Shown in pieces: positions 26,677 to 41,200 of a stretch of DNA of 54,391 nt (positions are counted from its first letter, which is position 1; the number at the start of each line of letters is the position of its first letter). The notes under the pieces were generated by a model. It worked only from the letters and a program-made list of their open reading frames with translations. It ran no database searches and was not told where the DNA came from. The stretch comes from a virus (taxonomy: Duplodnaviria; Caudoviricetes): positions 1-54,391 of IMG/VR virus record IMGVR_UViG_3300019093_000014. One strand, 5' to 3'. The position numbers and the translations under genes were made by a program.

Positions 26677-28628
26677 TATAGAGTCCTACCGGTATAAATT
26701 ATAAATTTTAAATTGTTTAATGGATTATTATCAACAATATTCAATGGGCCACCAAGATTAGGTTTAATATTAGTACTATCATTGCTGAGATTAGGCAATT
26801 TAAATACAGGAATACCGTTTTCTTGATCCTGCCCAGTGGGAGTATAGATATTTCCAATAACACTGAATAATTCTGGATAATCCGATCTCTTTAAAGAAGA
26901 TCCATCGCAAATTCTATAACCAAATGGTAGATCATTATTAGGATTCCCTGACCATATGATAATTGACCCTATAGCCACACAAGGCAATGAGTTAATTAAA
27001 TCAGTTTTAGTAATTTTAAATAAGTTATTAGAAGTGCTTCCATTAATAGTTCTTTCGCCACTTACTAATAATAAATCATTATCGGTAAACTCGTCTATAT
27101 TATCTTTATTAGCAATAATATTTGAATTTAAAATAAATGTAATATCACCTGTGGTTTTATTTTTGCCATCCAACAGAATTGGTGCAGCTTGTGTATTTAG
27201 ATTAATCAAATTGTCTACAACATCACCAGTAAATTTAATAGTGATATGCTTAGTTAAATATTTAGAGTTATCTGCTGTGCCAGTCACATTGCCAGTTAAA
27301 TTACCAGTAATCATCGTTAATGCATCAATATTGTTTGCCCAAATATTGTTCCATATTTTTGTTTGACTTCCTAAACTATACTGTTCGGTAATTTTTGGTT
27401 CTATATTTTCTAGTTTGGACTTCCCTGTGACAGTCAATCCTACTGAGTTAGGATTTGTAACCATATCGATTGATGATCCTATGATCAAAGATTTGGCTAT
27501 TTTTGCCCCGCCCTCGGTATATATGCTTGGTTTATTTGGTTCTATAGCATCACTGTCATTTAGTTCCCTATCTAGGCCTGGTTTAAGAATTATTAATGAT
27601 TGATTAGACTTTATAGTTCCATTTACATCTAAACTTTGAGCGGGCGCAGTATTGTTAATACCAACTCTTCCAATTCCGGATCCAACATCTCCAGCATCAA
27701 TGGTCAAAATAGTCGCAGTAGCTAAACTTTTTTGAATTTTAAAATTTATTCTAGATCCAACATTTTTATTGGCGAACACACTTTCACCATTATCAACACC
27801 TATGCTTAATGATAAATCAGTACCTACTAGTACCCCGCTATCATTTCTAACATTAAACCCATATTTTGTTACGCTAAGTTGATCTGATCTAAGAAAATTG
27901 TTAGCAGCGACTACAGTATCTCCCACTATTAGAGATTCTGCTTTTTCACTGACTCCCCAAAATTTAACACCCTTTGAATTTGTTTGTGGAATATTATTAT
28001 TTAAATTTATTCCTTGTTTAATTATAGGAAATCCTGCTTCAACGGTTTTAGGAGTAAATTCACGATTACTGACTATGGCCACTTTAGTACTTTTATCATA
28101 TAATGCCAATACCGGTCTTGAGGTATTGTCAGCAGCATCAGTGATCAAATACGATTCAGCTATGGTTTTTTCATCAGTACTAGATGTTGGACCAATTAAT
28201 ACCCATGGGTTGCTGCCATCAGCGTAAATGTACAACTGTTTGTTAGTAGTATCAACATAAAAATCGCCTATATTAAAACCAGCAATCGGTGCTGTTGGGG
28301 GGATTGGTGATTTTTTAATAATACCCAATTGAATCCAACTTGTACCATCAAAAACTCTTAATCCTTTGGACAACTCATCATTTAATGAATTATACCAAAG
28401 TTGACCTTTCACTGGACTTCGGGGTCCAGAGTTTATATTTGAATTAGGATTACGAGCCGGACTTGCGAAATTTTCTAATAAGTGTAAAAAGTTTTCGCCA
28501 ATAATTTGTGTATATCCTGTAGAATTTCTTCCTATAAAAGTCAAGCTAGTGTCTGTGTTTGTTGCACCATCAGGCACCGAGTATACTCGGTCGCCAGCAG
28601 TATTGGTTATTGGTGTAGTATTTGCCAT
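26676..28628 (-). CDS. Tail fibre protein with C-terminal tail-collar domain
   Basis: Shared N-terminus (FIGRN..GY...HLLENFAS...GQLWYN); RVGINN..P...LDVNG; C-terminal IGSIIIWSG...GYRICDGSSL...YPELFSVIG...FKLPNL. Confidence 0.8.
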   Translation of the reverse strand: MANTTPITNTAGDRVYSVPDGATNTDTSLTFIGRNSTGYTQIIGENFLHLLENFASPARNPNSNINSGPRSPVKGQLWYNSLNDELSKGLRVFDGTSWIQLGIIKKSPIPPTAPIAGFNIGDFYVDTTNKQLYIYADGSNPWVLIGPTSSTDEKTIAESYLITDAADNTSRPVLALYDKSTKVAIVSNREFTPKTVEAGFPIIKQGINLNNNIPQTNSKGVKFWGVSEKAESLIVGDTVVAANNFLRSDQLSVTKYGFNVRNDSGVLVGTDLSLSIGVDNGESVFANKNVGSRINFKIQKSLATATILTIDAGDVGSGIGRVGINNTAPAQSLDVNGTIKSNQSLIILKPGLDRELNDSDAIEPNKPSIYTEGGAKIAKSLIIGSSIDMVTNPNSVGLTVTGKSKLENIEPKITEQYSLGSQTKIWNNIWANNIDALTMITGNLTGNVTGTADNSKYLTKHITIKFTGDVVDNLINLNTQAAPILLDGKNKTTGDITFILNSNIIANKDNIDEFTDNDLLLVSGERTINGSTSNNLFKITKTDLINSLPCVAIGSIIIWSGNPNNDLPFGYRICDGSSLKRSDYPELFSVIGNIYTPTGQDQENGIPVFKLPNLSNDSTNIKPNLGGPLNIVDNNPLNNLKFIIYTGRTL

Positions 28629-28629
28629 G

Positions 28630-29235
28630 TTATGTTCCTAGACCAGTTAGACTTTGTATTCTAACTGTATAGTCTATTTGAATAAGACGATTTAAACTTT
28701 TTTGTACAGGGTGAAATACCACATGAGTCAATAATCTACTTTGATTTGTATTACTAAATGACTTCAATCCTAATTCATCAAATACATATTCTGATTCATT
28801 ATTGTTTGTATTATCAAAAGCACTTTGGCCGCCTGGCTCGCCATAATCTAAAAAACAAGTGACAAACACATCAGTGTAATTTGTACCCGTGACATGGCGA
28901 GTTTCTATATAATTTCTTATAGGATCAGAATTAGTAATACTTCTATCGTCTACTACTTTGGTATATGTGGGGTTGTATAAATCGGCATTAATACCAGTAG
29001 AATTAGGTGTTAGATATGTAATAATACCTGTAGGATCTACTGCTGTTCCGCCGTTGCCAAAGGTCATTTCATAAATAAATCCTTGCCCAGAATTAGATAT
29101 GCTATTAGCCAATGCAATACTCATATTTTCATAATGAATGGCATTACGCTTATTGACATAAATTTCTTTAGAACTTGGATCCCAAATCTTAATATGCCCT
29201 TCTATATGAATACCGCCAAAGTCTTTGTTTTGCAT
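28630..29235 (-). CDS. Virion structural protein (baseplate or fibre attachment)
   Basis: 201 aa, GHIKI.D...NAI...FG.GG...FDELGL...THVVFHPVQKS; position between wedge and fibres; late motif upstream. Confidence 0.6.
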   Translation of the reverse strand: MQNKDFGGIHIEGHIKIWDPSSKEIYVNKRNAIHYENMSIALANSISNSGQGFIYEMTFGNGGTAVDPTGIITYLTPNSTGINADLYNPTYTKVVDDRSITNSDPIRNYIETRHVTGTNYTDVFVTCFLDYGEPGGQSAFDNTNNNESEYVFDELGLKSFSNTNQSRLLTHVVFHPVQKSLNRLIQIDYTVRIQSLTGLGT

Positions 29236-29254
29236 GATTATTTCTCTATCAAAA

Positions 29255-29262
29255 TATTTATT
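29255..29262 (-). promoter_or_regulatory. Late promoter motif AATAAATA
   Basis: In the 38-nt gap upstream of ATG 29235. Confidence 0.65.
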
Positions 29263-29273
29263 TTATCCGCCAC

Positions 29274-32200
29274 CTAGTTTTTGGACTTGAATTTTAAAAA
29301 ATATGCTACGCTGTTGGTCGAATTAGCTATATCTTTGCCCGAGTCTTCCCAAACGGTTAATGTTTTTCTTACAACCTGTGTTTTAATTCCTGGCCTTGGG
29401 ACTGTATTTAATTGAATACGAGCGGTAGTTTCATCAATTGTAAAATCTGCAGGATATTCAACATCTCCCTCGGGGCTTTCTGGATGTATTGTTGGGTCGT
29501 GCATCCAATATTTGTTTTTTCTTTGTCTAACACCGCCTACGAAAATCTCGATTCCGTTTTTATTTGGAATATAAGGTAAATCAGTATCGGGTGCCCACTC
29601 ATGAATTTCCACCTTATCCTCATACGGGATTGTCTCAGTGACCCCAATATCAAATACTTCTGTACCTAAAGGATGTGTCTGAGGTATACCTGTCCCCCAA
29701 GTTCCTCTACGTAATTGAGTGATTGTATTTTGATTTTTAATGAAATACTCGATTCGTTCTCCATTAATGTAAACGACCCCTGGTTGATTTAATGTTATAT
29801 TCGGCTCACCCAATGCTGTGATGTTATCTAACTCAATTTCCTTATCAGAAAATTTTAAATCTTCGGCTAATTTGGTGGTTTTATTTTTGCTTAATCTCTT
29901 ATAATGAACTCTATTTAAAATATCTTTAAATTGCATAAATGCAATTGGATCTCTAGAAATATTTGTGCCAAAAGTCAATACTGAAAATACGTCATCAGTT
30001 GTTGGCAATATACTGAGTATTACTTCTTTTTTGTTTTCAGACAATATATAATCGCTATTGGGAATTAATAAAGTTTTATTTTTAGTTATCCAAACATAGT
30101 TAGTATTAATTATTGGTTCATTTAAGGTTAGTATTCCACCCCCAATTTTAATAGCATCCAAGTAATAAATTGAATTTACAAAATTGTCTATATTGGATAT
30201 TCGTTTATAATCACTACGCTGTATGTTTAATACATCATGATTATACATTGAAATAACTTCTATCTCAGTATTATCTGGATAAGAGTTCTTAAGTTTAATA
30301 TTTGCTATTTTTCCATCAGATCGATTCTCCGTAATTGGAGTAATTTCATAATCTGAATATTTGGTAATTGTAACTAATACTTTGGCGTTTTCAATATAGG
30401 CATTTGGCAGGATTTCAATTCGTTGTATAATCAAATTTATATTATAATCAGCACTCAACACAACTTCTTTGCCATCAATATAGACTTTATAGTCTTTGAT
30501 AATATCAAAAACGTCTGTTTGATTGACGCCGCCCTTGCCCAATGGTATATCATAATTATATTCGTTATTTTTTAATATGAATGAAAAAGAATCTGTAGAA
30601 TTTAATATTTGATTACCAACTCTAACTATTGTGTTTTGTGTTAACGGTAGTGATTTTCCAAAAAGAGTTGATAGATCATATGTTAAAGTAGTACCATCTG
30701 TTTTAAAAGTTTCTCTATACACTAGACTGGTAGTTTTGGATTTTTTAAAAATTACATAGTTTACTACTTGCCCAATAGCTAATTGATCTGTAAATTTAAT
30801 AGCTAATTTGTTTTCAATTGAATAAGATTTATCAGTTTTAACTATTGTAAAGTTTACAATTTCACCTGAAACTAATACCAATAATTCTAAATCATTCTGC
30901 CAAGCCATGTTCAACACTATTTCTTTAGTTGGGGTTGATATAATTTTATGATCAATTTCTAAAACATTATCACCATTAAATCCCATATTAATAATAGATA
31001 TTGGGGTTCCACGACTAGGCAGGTCATTAAATTTAACTAATAAATTATCAAAATCCACAACGTAATCGACATTGGGCGATAGTATATCAGGTCCAACTTT
31101 AACAATTACTGCTGATTTATTATTTGGATATTGGCCAATTTTATAATCAGAAGTGCTGCCATCAGAAATGTAATTGTCGCAGATAATGTCTGCTGACTCA
31201 TTGATTAATATGTCTGATACTTTGATTACCACTGTGTCTGCCACATGTCCTGGTAGCATTTCTTCTGGAGCTGGGCTAGTCAATGGGCTAATAAAACGAT
31301 CACCATCAATAATAATATCCTCGGCTTTTACTCCTGTAGCAGTCGCATATGTGCCTGTTTTAAAATTACCGCCTTCTACTAGCGTGTCATAAATTCTAAT
31401 ATCATCGCCATTGGATCTAGGATCCCACGCTTTTTCACCCCAAGGATTGTTTTCACTATCCCATTTTTCAGGAGGGTCAAAGTTTATTCCCACAATGCTA
31501 ACTCCGCCATAGTCAATTCCCGTCATTAGCTGAGCAAAATCCTTGCCTATCATACCACTTTCTGGATTGTAATAATGAGTAATTCTATCCAATGCTTTCA
31601 GATGATAAAAATCTTTTTTATAGTTAACAGTTATAGTAAAGATCTTTTTTGGGTCCTTTTTTACTGGCAGTGAGTTAAAAACTATTTTACCATAATAAAT
31701 TGTATGACTTCCATCAGGGCTAGGTTTACTAGTTTTTACCAATGAGTAACTACCTTTTAAAGCATCAATTTCAATGCCATCAATGGTAAACTTCACTGAA
31801 TTTTGATTTTTTTCAGTATTTGGACTGTATATTAAATCATAGGAAATAGTGTAACTGTCTCCAATAAAAGTTTCAGTTTTAGTTAAAGGTAGTATATTTT
31901 CTATTGGTTCTTTGGCATACCGATCAAATCTCAAAGCCATAGTATTGGTTCTAACTAAATCATTTTTAATTACAGCAGTGGCCCTAGCTTGTACTCCGTC
32001 AATATCTAAATGGCCTACTATTTTAATAATAGGTGCTTTGTAATATCCCGATCCTTCGGTCAATATTTCAATTTTTGTTACCTGACCTTTAGATATATAC
32101 GCTCTAGCTGTTGCCGGGACCAAGCAATCGCCCTCAATGTCTACTCTTGGTCTAGACAAATATCCACTGCCGCCATCAAAAACAAGTATTTCTTTAACGG

Positions 32201-35200
32201 AAAAACTAAAATTATCTAACCATAATCGCCAAGGATATTCTTGAACAATATTACTAAAATAAGTTAGATCTGCGTCAATCCTAGTTTGAGCCGCTACAAT
32301 TTGATTGTTAACAACAAATGATGGCAAATCAAAATCGGTAACTAGACTTTGTGAATTATCCATGTTGTTATAAACACTGACAAACTCTCTTATTTTAGTT
32401 CTATAAGGTTTAACTTCAGCAATATAACTTTCATAATCTTCTAAATTATCATTGTTATAGGTAATTTTTTGGCGTAATTTACCCACATTATGCAATGCTT
32501 TAACAAAACTAGTCTTAAAAATCCAATCTAAAAACGGTTGTTCTGACAGGGCATATTTGATACTTAAAAAGAAAAGATTTAGATAGATCATTCTACGATT
32601 GTCTATCAATATTTTATCTTTTAAAGTGTTTAAAATTATTCTTAATTCTGTGCTGCCAGAATTATCAAATTTATTAATGTCATATAAATTACTGTCGTAA
32701 CCAAGTCTATTATCTGTAAAATTATAAAATTTAGGACTTAATTGAATAGAACCATTTTGACGACCAATTACTTGAAAACTCTGTGTATAATCAATAGATT
32801 CTATATTAGAATATTTTTTTAACAATAACCAACCTGAACTTCCAACGTTATTAACTTTAACTACTTGACCTATTTTGATATCATTCACAAATAATTGATA
32901 TGTACTATCTACCACATAGTCTATTTTAGTATACTGATCATAACCATCTTCGTACCAATCAATATAATGCCAAAAATTAGTAACATCATATTCTTGGATT
33001 TTTATTTTACTCCAAATTTTATTACTATAGGCATAAATGCACCAATTGCCAAATACTGTACTATCACTTCGAACCAATACACAGAGAGACCTATATGATA
33101 TGCCTCTATTTGGAATATAGGGGGCAGTTGATGTTAAGATATCAAGATCATACCCCTCACCTTGAGATAAAATTTTAACTTCTAATATGCCGCCGGTATT
33201 ATTTAAAACTACTTGTGTTTTAACACCAATCCCACCGCCGGCAATAATATTTAATACTGGTGGATATTTGTATCCAGCACCACTTTCTAACACACTAATT
33301 GAAACTATTTTACCGTTTTCAATATTTAATTTAAGGTCTGGCTTTTTAAAAAATTCAACATTAATAAAGCGCAATTCTTTTTCAGTATCAATAACATAGT
33401 CATAAAACCCAAAAATTTCACTAGGTGCTAGGTCTTTCTTTACCAGATCAGTTAAATTTATATTTTCTATTTGGATCTTTTTAAATTCACTGTTAAATCT
33501 TTCAATAACTTGTTTAATAGCCTCTAATCTATTGACAAACATACTTTGTCTTGGTTTAAATTCTATCCCATATCGTTGCTTAGGTGATAGTGTTAAATCA
33601 GGAATCATTTTGCCATTTTCATCAAAGCCTACAAGACTATCGATCCATTTTCTTTCAATCTGTTTAGGAATTTCAGTTTTTTCGTTTTCACTAATAATTT
33701 TCCATTCGCTATGAACGTTTGCACTATGATCAATATTTGGTAACCAATATTGAACTGATAATACTACATCTTTAGAAGTTAATAAATTTCTAATATTGGT
33801 TAAGCTAATACTATTAGAATTGGTAAATTCAATATATTTTAATCCTTGTCCTTTGGGATTACTAATAATATTTGCAATTTCTAAAGCTGAATTTATTCTA
33901 CCATTTATATTAGGCAATGTGCTTTTGTTTTTTACCCAGAAATAATAAAGTGATGTAAATTTTTTAGACACTGAATCATATTTCTTCTTTATACTATATG
34001 CTAAACCACCATATAAACTAGTACCAGTAACTCCTTGAGATATGCCATCTATTGTGTTAGATAATATATCCCAATCCTCTGGAGAGATTTTAGATTCTAC
34101 CCATTCATAAATATCAATGCTGGCTGTTTCGTATAGTGTATTCCATGTATTATTTTTGTAAGTTATATCACCTATGTGAGCATCTAAGAATTTGGCTCTA
34201 CGTAAGTCCCACCATAATGTGCCAACTTGTTTGTCCAACCACGACATTCCGTCGTCCACATTGATATCTAATTGACTATCTAAGGTTGCATAGGAATATG
34301 TTGCTGGATCATAATAAGTTTTATATTTGATTTGTTCTTCAGCTTTGCCCGGGATCTTTCCTTGAATAATATCTACAATGTCCAAGTATGTTAATAACTC
34401 ATTAGTACGTCTATTATATAAAAATATTTTTTTAAATAGACTTAAATCAATTTTTGGACTTTCTTTTTCAATAATTTTCCAACTATAATCATTTCTATAA
34501 TGAGTATATACAGCACCACTTCTACGATCATTCAGTGCATTTGGTGCGGATATTATGATGTCATTATCAGCAGCAGCTACTTTATATCCATATTCATCAA
34601 TACCATCAGTTTCCACACTTAATGATTCTGCATAGATAAATTTATTTTCATATCTATCATACACATCTACGCGACCGGAGTCGAAGTTGATTAGATTTAC
34701 AGTACTATCATCATAATTTAATATTGTACTATCATCATATTTTACCGTACTATCTGCAAGAGTGCTATCTTCTATTGTACTATCATCATAATTGAACAAG
34801 TTATTTCTAGAACTATTTGCGTACTTACTATGAATAACTAGGGTTTTTTCATCGTTAACAAATTTAATGTAAGTTCCAAATTGTTCATCAGGATCAAGTT
34901 CACTATTTCTATCAGTTAATGTTTGAAATGGCTCATAATTTTTATAAATGCATACGGCCCGTTGTTGCGTGGTATTTTGTAAGACACCAGTTACTGCCAA
35001 ATAAGTTGCGTTTTCTGATAACGAAACGGCTAACCCGAATTGTTTATAATTTAAATTTGTTATTTCATAGATCATTGATTGATCTTTATCAAACTCATCA
35101 CCACTTCTTTGATAGATTAAAATTTTATCTTGAGGATCTGTGATTGCCAATGTTTTAGCCTTTTGATCCACATCAAAATCACTACCGTCTGATTTATCTA

Positions 35201-38200
35201 CTTGATCTAAGCATTGCCAAATGTTAGTAGAATTCTCTATAAGTTTATAATAATACACACTAGATCTATTACCGACAACTAATGAATAAGTTTCGTCGTA
35301 GGCAAATTTAATTTTATATCCAAAAGAATCAATTGAATTTGTTAATACATTCTCAAAAATGTATTTGCGAGTGAGCTCGTCGAATAAAAATAAACTAATA
35401 GACATTTCACCTGCAACGGCCAGCCAATTACCGTCATCGCTAAAAGCCAAACTTTTACCAAAATTATCTCTGTCTGAATTTATAATTTGAAGCAATGACC
35501 AATCTGATATGATTGATGGCTTATAGTAAACAAAAACTTGATTGTCAAATTTAGAAATTGCTAACCAATTTGAAGATTTACTAATAGATATAGTTTCACC
35601 AAATCTACTATTATTGGTGAGGGCTGTTCTGTAAATTTTATTTCTATCGTAAACTGAGTTGTTGGCCCATATTGCATATTTGTCGTCAACTGACTTATTA
35701 ATCCAAGCCAATTCGTTTTCTTTAAGATAGGAAGGAACTACTAAATCATCAATAGTATTAAATCTTTGTTTAGTTAATTTAAATAGTTTGGTTGATCGAA
35801 ACAAAAATTGCAGTGAATCATTAGGTGGAGAATAACTATCTAATGCTGTGGCTAGCACAATAGTTTTACTACTAATAGAATTAATTTTACAAAATAAATT
35901 TAATTTTTCATAATTTGCTGTTATGGCAATTAATTCACCCACTTCAAAATTAGGAATTTGATCTTGATCTAGTGTTATAGTTAACTCTTTATCTACAGGA
36001 TTAAAATTCAAATCAATAACAACATATGGCATATGTGTAAATCTATACACATTCCAATCATCATTAAATTCATTTAACTTAGGTTCAAATGCCGTCCAAA
36101 TATAATCTCCTGAGACAAAATTAATTGGATTTTGACTTAATAAATCTTCTAATTTGTCTGTGTTAAACTTAACTTGATCATATTTGACAAATCCAGGTGT
36201 ACGTAAAAATGGAATAAAGTTTTTGTTAGCAACCCAAATATTATTTTGATAATTCTTAGATCTTAGATAAATGTCTTTTTTAGTTTGTCTAATTATAAAA
36301 TCTAACGAAGCATCATTAGTTGTAGTTACTAGTTCAATAGCTTGTGGATTAATTTTAAATAAACTTTCATCTAGAACAAACTCTATTTCATCAAATGCAT
36401 CTTTACCGCCATATTGGCCCACTCTTATAGCCCACTCTTCAATAAAGTCTATGCTATCCTTGTCTTCAGCACTCAGCACATCAAATAATTTGTTTAAAGA
36501 ATTTATGCTGCCTTTTTCTTGAATCATCCCTTGATAAAACTTAAATTCACTTACATCATTTTTAATAATATTTTCTAAATACTGACGTTTTTGATAACCA
36601 ATTAAGTGCTGTGCCATTTTTTGTTGACCAACATCGAAGTTGTCACTGTCTAAGTCATAAAAATCTGTAAACTGCAAAGCTTTATAATCCCAATTAGGCA
36701 GTAATTCACTAGTAGGCTTGCTGTCTAATCGAATCCAATCAACTTTATTAAAAGTTTCTATTCCAGGTAGGAAAGTAGTTGCACTATAATAGAACTCTTT
36801 ATATCTAACTATCTCGCCAAGGTGATAATCCTTCCACGGTGTCCAATCATCAATATTAGCACGATCATAAATGAATCCTGGTGCATCTAAACTGCCATCC
36901 CAATTAATTGTTTTATATCCTGCAACTTGTATTTTTTCTTGCCTATAACCTGTTTCCAGATTATAAATTAGGTCATTAAATTGTGTCACATTGTCAATTA
37001 ATAAGACGTGTTCTTTTTGTACTAGATATATTGTAGCCCCATATATTCCTAAATTTTCATCTTTAGGCCTAAGTGTAAAAGTATTATCGTATCTTGTATA
37101 ATTTAAAAGATTAGGCGGATATGCTTTGCCATCTGCTGAAAATATTTCATAAGCATTATTCTGTTCTCTAAGATCATCTACAGTATTAAATTTTAAATTT
37201 AAATCCAATTGTAGTGCTGCCGGACTTAAACTGATAGCCGAAGCTCCATCCGAATTTAAACTTTCTAATCTAAAATAGTTAGCAGGATTAAAAGTTTCAC
37301 TTGGTGCTTGATCTTGTTTAGATCTATAATAATCTCCATTATAAAATACCACCGTACCTAATTTATAAGCTGTGTTTTCAGTCCATTCTATATAATTTTC
37401 ACTGCCCGAACTCCAATTTTGTGTAGTCCAAAATAAAAATTCTTTTATGCTAACATCCCAACTGGCCACATTTCTTAAATCTGGATTAAAATTATCAAAG
37501 CTAAATCCTTGATCTTTTAAATATTCCCCATGCCCTTGTAGGAAATCGACCACTTCCTGAATAGAATTTAATATAGTTCCATAGTTCAATACTACAGGAT
37601 CTCTTTGCCATTTTTTTCTTAAATTAGCAACAACTCCGCCAACAATTGGTAGTGCTGGTATTTTTTGTAAAAGATCATAACTGGGATTATCTTGACTAGC
37701 GTGACTGACCTTAACCCTATAATAATATCTATCAATTGATAATATATTACCAACCAAGTATTGTTGATTAGGTCTCCAATCAATATAGCTTTCACTAATA
37801 CCGCCCACATTGAGATTGACACCACTTTGTAGCCAAGGGTAATAATAAAAATAAGGATTAGTTTGATTATAACCTTTTATTACATATCCAATTCCACGTT
37901 TAGTTTTAATTTTAGTTATAATAACACCACTATAAGATAATTTTTTAGTTGGACTGCCAACATTTAAAAATATTTTATAGTTTTCATTTGGTATAAAAAC
38001 CCCTGCTTTAGCTGCTGAACTTTTACTATCTAATATAAGTTCATATTTTTCTTTACTGCTAAATCCTGCTAATCTATGACTTAATTTATTATTAATATTT
38101 TTTAAATCAGTTTTATATGTATCTAAAAATGAAGTATTATCACCTTGTAGATAATCTATGATATAATTAATTAAACCAGATGTAAACGTTCTAGTTGAAT

Positions 38201-41200
38201 CTTTTATTGTATTTGGTGTTTTAACGTCAGTCAAACGTAATCTTAAATTTGTATCTTTATAAACTAATTGATTATTATCATTTTTAACTATTCTTGAACG
38301 ATCAAAATAAGCAGCAAATACTCGATTTGGCTGCATTAAAATCATAGTTATTAGCAAACTGAAAGGATAATAACTGCTTCGACGCCAAGCTGTTTCTACT
38401 GGACTTTGGTCTCCAAATACATAGTTTTCGTTTGGGTTAGTATCAAATATACCTTGAGTTAAATTAGCTAGTATGGGATCTATCAAATTGCCTATTTCAT
38501 CAACTGGGGGGACATCAAGTACCGGCCTGGCAAATTTAGGATTTCTATTAACTGGCCTATTTGGTTCTCTAATAACGCCATTTCTAAGATCCTGCCAAAG
38601 AATCAAGTTATTTGATGTATATGGAGCTGTGCCATATGTATCTTCCCACCACTTTGGTTTAATACTAAATCCTAAACTTTCCCAAGGAGTTAAATGTATA
38701 CGATCTGTATCAAAATACCATTTATAAATGCCACGCCAAAATGCTGGAACATTGCCCCCATCTATGCCAATTGCTTCACTATAATTAAATGTAAAAGCAT
38801 TGTTTGAATTATAAACTAAAGATTTTGTAAAATCTTTATCAATTAACCCAGTCCATTTAAAAAAGCTAGGGCCTAAAATTTTATTAAATTCATCTAGTGA
38901 ATAGGCTGTTGGTCTATTAGCTCCTGGAATAAAATCATATATGTCCAATATATCTGTGTTATATTTGACTTTGATGTTATTAAAAATTCGTTTTTCTAAT
39001 TCTAATATTATATCATCTCTATAATCATTATACGCTAATATAACACTGCCGTCATGACCTTGTATTAAGTATTTTGGTTCAAGTAATGTAGTATCTAAAT
39101 ATTTTTGCGGCTCAAATTTAGGATATAGACCCAATACTGTTGGGGTGGATGGAATATAACAGCCATCAGTACTTTCATATTCATAAACAGTTATAATATC
39201 ATTTTCTTTGATGGGCGTTAATACTTCAATAAACCCATCAATGCCAAATATGTAATCTCTTTCATGAATTAGTTGAACACCATTTAAATAAACATTTACA
39301 GATTTATAGTTTAATTCATCCAGTGTAAATGGCGTAGACAAAGGATATTTTTTTACTCTATAATCCTGTACAGTAAAATTAGTTTGTTTACATGCCCCAT
39401 AACCTAATACATCACTAAAATAATAAGGTGCTGTTTTGGGATTTCCCTGATTAATTTCAAACAAAATTTGATCTACTGATTCTTTAACTGAAATATCATT
39501 TGATAATCCTATTAAATGCCCTATGAAATTTCTTTTAAATTTACCATAATCATCTCGAGCCCGTTCTAAAGATTTTAGAATATTGGCTGTCTTATTTGTT
39601 AAATGATACAATGATAAATTAATACTTCCACTATGTTGAACAAATTTTGTACCATAACTACTGACATTAGAAAGGTCTCTTAGATTGCCTATTCCTGGGT
39701 AAATTCCCTCAAAAGTTTGAATATTATCAATAATAGAATCCACATGATCAATTACTTCTCCCAAAGTAAAATCATTAATATTATTGTTTAATGGATTATT
39801 TTGAAAGTTAATAGGAAATTCGTATTTGCCATTGTTATTTTTAGTTTGTTTACTATAACATCTTAATGTGACAATGTCCATATCTGTCACAGCATTATCT
39901 AATACAACTATTTTGTAAACAATGTCATCCACTACAGAAAATAAATGCTTATCTAATCTTTTACCGTTTATATAAACTTTTACTAAAAGATCATCAAGAT
40001 TATTAATATCTTCATATACATCTATGGGAAAGTTATTTGTTAAATTAGAATTTTTATAAATTCTCACAATAGGCTGAACATTTTTTAATTTATTTGTAGT
40101 CCAGCCATTTAGATATTCAGTGCTTAATTTATTAACTTTTTTAATAAATTTGTTATCAGTACTTTCTGTTATTACTTCAGATAAGATTTTATAAGAAAAA
40201 GTATTTTGTAATAGGTCAAAATTAAAAAGAATGTCCCCCACATTGTTTATATTCTTATAACTTAAAGGGAACCCTAATTCAGAATCTTTTTTACCAGAGC
40301 CTATTTTATAGGAAAAAATCTTATTACCTGAAAAAGTCGAGCCATCATATTTGTTAACTTCAGTTAAATTAACTCCTTCTTCGTCGAACAAATCAAATAA
40401 TGGTTGTTGATTTTGAGTGGTTTTAGTTTGACCAACTATCCAAGTTGTTCCGTTATACCATAGCATTTGTGCTGTATATTTTACACCATTTTTAACTAAT
40501 ACTACATCATGTAAGTTTGGTTCCGTATCAGGCTCTTCCTCTAAATGAATCCTACGAACACCAATACTACTGTTATTTTCATGGGTCGTTATGAAATTTA
40601 CTCGATATATTTTACCATTAACTAACGGATCACTATCCCCAGTGAATAATATTCTATGCCCATCTACTAATTGAACATTATCGATGTTATATCCTAATGA
40701 GCCTTCTATAATAGAAAACACATCACTTGTAAAATCATCTACCAAATCAACATCCTGTTTGGGGCTGGTACCAAAGTTAAAAAGTTTTAAATTGGCGTCA
40801 AATTCTATAATTGGACGTTTAGCTCGTTGTGATTGATCAAATACTGGTTTCTGGCCAAGTGCAATAGCAGTTTTTTCTATAATAGATTCATGGAACCAAC
40901 GATTATATCTGCTCCAAGGGTTTCTATCTGCACTAGCTCTATTAATTGAAATATAGTCTTTAGCTACGGGCGAATATTTAACATCATTATATGGTAATTT
41001 ATCATAGCCAGTGTCATCAAAAGTCACATCATAATCTTTAGTATATGGTGCTACAATTTCTAATTGTTTTTCAGGTATAAGTTGAATTCGATCCCCAACT
41101 CCCTCGACATAAAAATCACCTTGACTATAAAATTCAGGGGTTACCTGACCTTTAAAATTGACTTTCATACCATTGCTCAAACTCAGTCCGCTGCGTAAGG

